DNA of 63,029 nucleotides from Candidatus Omnitrophota bacterium (GTDB taxonomy: Bacteria; Omnitrophota; Gorgyraeia; Zapsychrales; Zapsychraceae). This document shows, piece by piece, positions 59,706-63,029 of this stretch; positions within the stretch are counted from its first letter, which is position 1, and each line of letters begins with the position of its first letter. Under the pieces are notes generated by a model. The model made no database searches, was not told the DNA's origin, and was given only the letters and a program-made list of their open reading frames with translations. The position numbers and the translations under genes were made by a program. Location of the stretch: NCBI GenBank assembly GCA_018812705.1, contig JAHJCZ010000155.1:1-63029 (forward strand), given 5' to 3'.

Positions 59706-62039
59706 CTAAGTCAATCTTTCGATTAGATCTATTACAACATTAATATTACCAGTCTTTTCAATCACTGGAATTTCACCTAATTCACCACATTCTTCTCTAA
59801 CCTCACTCAAATGTTTATCAGTAAGAACAATTATTGGAATAATTGCCAGTTGTGAATTTTGTTTCAATCTTCCCAAAACTTCATATCCATTCATATTTGG
59901 CATAACAATGTCTAGCAATATCAAGTCTACTTGCTTTGTTTTCAAATAATCAAGAGCCTCCTCGCCATCAAAAACCTGCTCTGTAATAATATCGCGTCGC
60001 TCTAATCTTGATGAAAGCAACCTGCCGATCTGTGGATGGTCATCAACAATGAGAACCTTTTTCTTTCTTTCACATTCTTCTAACGCTCTTTCTTGTAATT
60101 CATTTTTGTTCAAGCCATCTCTAGGATGCATAACAAAACCGAATTTCACTTTTATTCCTAATGCATCTTTCATCATCGCAACTCTTTCCCGAACAACACT
60201 TTTTATCTTATCTAATAAAATCATTCCACCTTTTTTATCTGTATCAGCAAGGGCGATATGAATTGTTTCTTGATCATATAATATATATTTATCTGTTGTT
60301 CTCGATACTAATCTTGCCAAAATCTCAAAAACAATATTTATTATTTCATTTGCAAAAGCTTCTCCGAACTTTGTCCTGATCATATCCATTTCAAAAAAAC
60401 GAGCAATAATAAACACCGACTCCTTGTTCTTCATTCTTGCCTCTGTAAATATTTTCTCAACATCATTATCAAATGTTTGTTTTAATTTCAATTTACTTGG
60501 TAGAGTAAAAAAGAAATTTGTGCCCTTGCCTATCTCACTCTCTGCCCATATCTGCCCACCATGAAGATCTATTAAAGATTTACTGATAGTCAAGCCTAAC
60601 CCAGTGCCTTTTATACCTGGACCATGTATCCTCCCGAACTGAGTAAACTTATCAAAGAGCTTTGAAATATTATCCTTTTCAATTCCAACTCCTGTGTCTG
60701 AAACCCTGCATAAACATCCTCCACCTTGACCTGCAATCTCAAGTTCTATTTCCCCGCCTTCAGGTGTAAACTTATGCGCATTATTCAATAAATTTGTAAC
60801 GACTTGTATTATTTTCTCTTCATCAATAAAGAAAAACATCTCATTATCAGGGAATATCGTTTTAATCTTTTGCTGCTTTGTATCTAAAACCTTTTGGTAA
60901 TCATCAGTTATTTTATTCATTGTAGATTTTAGGTCCACAATGGTCTTTCTTAACGTGATCTCTCCAGATTCTATTTTCGAAATATCTAATAAATCGTTTA
61001 CAATTGTATGTAACCTGTGAAGATTGTCCTTCGAAGCATTTAAAAGCTCTTTTTGCTCTTCATTAATCTTCCCAACTACGCCGTCTAAAATAAGATTTAT
61101 GCACTCAGTTGAGATCGCAAGTGGAGTTCTTAGCTCATGAGAAACAGTAGAGACAAAATCGGACTTCAGCTGATCCAATTTCTTAAGTTCAAAATTCTTC
61201 CTTTCAAGGTTCTTATATAGGGTCTTAATTGACTCATTGGTTTTTTGAAGCCCCCAAGATTGTTGTTCTAGCTTATCTCGAGCATTAACTAAATCCTTTT
61301 CAGCATTCCTTCTTGCTGTAATATCGCTAAATGATTCAATACCGCCAATAATTTTGCCCTCATCATTTTTTAGGATATCAGCATTCTTAAGAATAGTTAT
61401 TCTGTCCCCATTTTTTTTCTTAATAGAACACTCAGTCTCAATGATCGGCTTCTCTACATCATTACTATAAAGCCCGCAGAAAGACTCGCAGGGATATTCA
61501 GAGAACATATTACATTTTTTACCAATAACTTCTTGAGATTTATAACCTGTTAGCTCTTCCGCTTTTTTATTCCAACCAGTCACAATTTTGTTTTCATTCA
61601 CCGTAAAGACAGCACTCGGAACAACTTTAAAAATACGCTCCAAATCCTTTTTTGCTTTAATTACAGCTTCCTCAGCACGCTTATATACTGTTATATCGCT
61701 CATTAAATGAATTGAACCTAATAGATCTTTATTATCATCAAAAAGAGGTGCCGTTTGAACAAAGAACCATTTATTAAAAAGAGGCTCCCAATATTCCTTT
61801 TTTTCATATTTTTTGGAGTCCTTTAACGCACAATATGGACAATCAGATATAGGTTCATCCTTACCATGCATGACCTCATAGCATTTCTTGTTCAAGAACG
61901 CACTTTCGTCCTTATCAGTAAATTTTAAAAATGCCTTATTCACTTTCTTTATTCCATGATCTAGATCAAGAATAAAAATAAATTCTTCTAAAGAATCAAA
62001 AGCGGGAGACCAAAATCGATTGTAATCAATGTTGTTCAT
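59706..62039 (-). CDS. Cytoplasmic hybrid sensor kinase: PAS-PAS-HisKA-HATPase-degenerate GGDEF-REC
   Basis: SHELRTPL, NLLNNAHKF, DTGVGI, GTGLGL; GGDEF-fold segment ...RTTDKYILYDQETI...HPRDG; REC VLIVDD/LLDIVMP; no TM helix seen. Confidence 0.88.
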   Translation of the reverse strand: MNNIDYNRFWSPAFDSLEEFIFILDLDHGIKKVNKAFLKFTDKDESAFLNKKCYEVMHGKDEPISDCPYCALKDSKKYEKKEYWEPLFNKWFFVQTAPLFDDNKDLLGSIHLMSDITVYKRAEEAVIKAKKDLERIFKVVPSAVFTVNENKIVTGWNKKAEELTGYKSQEVIGKKCNMFSEYPCESFCGLYSNDVEKPIIETECSIKKKNGDRITILKNADILKNDEGKIIGGIESFSDITARRNAEKDLVNARDKLEQQSWGLQKTNESIKTLYKNLERKNFELKKLDQLKSDFVSTVSHELRTPLAISTECINLILDGVVGKINEEQKELLNASKDNLHRLHTIVNDLLDISKIESGEITLRKTIVDLKSTMNKITDDYQKVLDTKQQKIKTIFPDNEMFFFIDEEKIIQVVTNLLNNAHKFTPEGGEIELEIAGQGGGCLCRVSDTGVGIEKDNISKLFDKFTQFGRIHGPGIKGTGLGLTISKSLIDLHGGQIWAESEIGKGTNFFFTLPSKLKLKQTFDNDVEKIFTEARMKNKESVFIIARFFEMDMIRTKFGEAFANEIINIVFEILARLVSRTTDKYILYDQETIHIALADTDKKGGMILLDKIKSVVRERVAMMKDALGIKVKFGFVMHPRDGLNKNELQERALEECERKKKVLIVDDHPQIGRLLSSRLERRDIITEQVFDGEEALDYLKTKQVDLILLDIVMPNMNGYEVLGRLKQNSQLAIIPIIVLTDKHLSEVREECGELGEIPVIEKTGNINVVIDLIERLT

Positions 62040-62084
62040 AATATTTTAATACCGTTTTTACAAGTTCAATAAAGACTAATATAG

Positions 62085-62093
62085 ATTATAGCA
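62085..62093 (-). promoter_or_regulatory. Extended -10 promoter candidate for the kinase operon
   Basis: TGCTATAAT 45 nt upstream of the ATG; no clear -35. Confidence 0.45.
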
Positions 62094-62130
62094 ATTTTTG
62101 CTTACCATATAATAAGTATTGCAAAATTTT

Positions 62131-63029
62131 TTAAAATATCGTCCTTCTCTTACTTAAGTTCAGCAAGAACCCCATCATAACAATAAAAACTAAGAACGAT
62201 GAACGTCCATAACTTGCAAAAGGAAGGGTCAATCCCACAATCGGGAACAAACCCATGACCATACCAATATTTATAACTACTTGCAGCGCTAAAATTGAGA
62301 CTATTCCCAGTGCAACAAGCATTCCAAATTTATCTTTAACCTGATTAGCAATATTCAATCCACAATTTATCAGCAGAAAATAAAAGCATACCAAAACCAA
62401 CGCCCCAACGATCCCCCATTCTTCACCGATTACAGAGAAAATAAAATCAGTATGCCTTTCAGGAAGAAAATTTAATTGATTCTGCGTGCCTCCTAACCAA
62501 CCTTTACCAAATATCCTGCCAGAACCCATCGCTATCTTTGATTGAATAATAGTATAGCCTGCACCAAGAGGGTCTATATTTGGGTTCAAGAACACCAACA
62601 ATCTGTCTTTTTGATAAGATTTTAAAATACCCCAGGCAAATGGAACAACAGAAAGGCATAGAGCCAAAAACCCAAAGACATAGCTATATTCTAATCCACT
62701 TGCAAAAAGCATTATAAAGAAAATCCCGAACATCAGTAAAGACGTCCCAAGATCTGGCTGCTTAAATATCAAGAACATTGATGCTCCTGTCAATAAAAAG
62801 GGAACCACCAGTTCTCTAAAAATAACCTGTGTTCTATTAAGTATACCAAAAGAAAGACTAGGTCTTCGATTACTAAAATAACGTCCCAGCATCAATATCA
62901 AAGCTAATTTTGTTAACTCAGAGGGTTGAAAACTTATACCCGCTATTTCGATCCATCGTCTTGCACCAAGAGCATTCTTCCCTCCGATCAAAACCACGAA
63001 CAACAAAATAATGTTTAGAATATAAAAAA
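62131..63029 (-). CDS. rodA: Peptidoglycan glycosyltransferase RodA (5' part beyond the window)
   Basis: GARRWI, FQPSELTK, QPDLGT, YTIIQSKIAMGSG, FLPERHTDFIF, LPFASYG; frame open to the window end. Confidence 0.93.
   Translation of the reverse strand, partial: FYILNIILLFVVLIGGKNALGARRWIEIAGISFQPSELTKLALILMLGRYFSNRRPSLSFGILNRTQVIFRELVVPFLLTGASMFLIFKQPDLGTSLLMFGIFFIMLFASGLEYSYVFGFLALCLSVVPFAWGILKSYQKDRLLVFLNPNIDPLGAGYTIIQSKIAMGSGRIFGKGWLGGTQNQLNFLPERHTDFIFSVIGEEWGIVGALVLVCFYFLLINCGLNIANQVKDKFGMLVALGIVSILALQVVINIGMVMGLFPIVGLTLPFASYGRSSFLVFIVMMGFLLNLSKRRTIF

Noticed and set aside
60075-60480. Active diguanylate cyclase in the kinase
   Set aside because: The GG(D/E)EF motif is replaced by DQETI and the metal-binding DxDxFK motif is absent
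61820-61880. Heme c attachment site in PAS1
   Set aside because: CPYC is followed by A, not H (no CxxCH), and the protein has no export signal

Overview
AT-rich bacterial chromosome segment using standard code 11. All ~75 credible CDSs and both tRNAs lie on the minus strand. A secretin and rodA indicate a walled diderm; the gene order and r-protein features suggest a PVC-type lineage such as Ca. Omnitrophota (inference, not verified). 1-4.8 kb holds a partial glycolipid glycosyltransferase, a stand-alone lipoyl domain, lipB, an isocitrate-type dehydrogenase, pilT and an aminotransferase. 4.8-35.2 kb is a very compact fused ribosomal super-operon (tRNA-Thr/rpmG/tRNA-Trp/secE/nusG/rplKAJL/rpoBC/str/S10/spc/alpha); rpmD and the second tuf are absent from their usual positions. 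35.3-46.1 kb carries tyrS, rpsA, plsC, a PGM/PMM, nadD, proAB, obgE, rplU (rpmA missing from its usual slot) and an RNase E/G. 46.3-63 kb is a type IVa pilus locus (pilMNOPQ, major pilin, pilC, two PilB ATPases) followed by a signalling module and a partial rodA. The most interesting observation is that the pilus locus appears wired to c-di-GMP through three different receptor types. (1) A c-di-GMP-I (GEMM) riboswitch with terminator lies upstream of an unannotated 48-codon ORF and the pilin. (2) Two stand-alone MshEN proteins bracket two PilB ATPases whose own MshEN motifs have lost the key Gly. (3) A PAS-PAS hybrid kinase carries a degenerate GGDEF domain with a correctly spaced RxxD I-site. 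No active diguanylate cyclase, CRISPR array, rRNA or mobile element was seen. All calls are by eye from motifs; no database searches were run.
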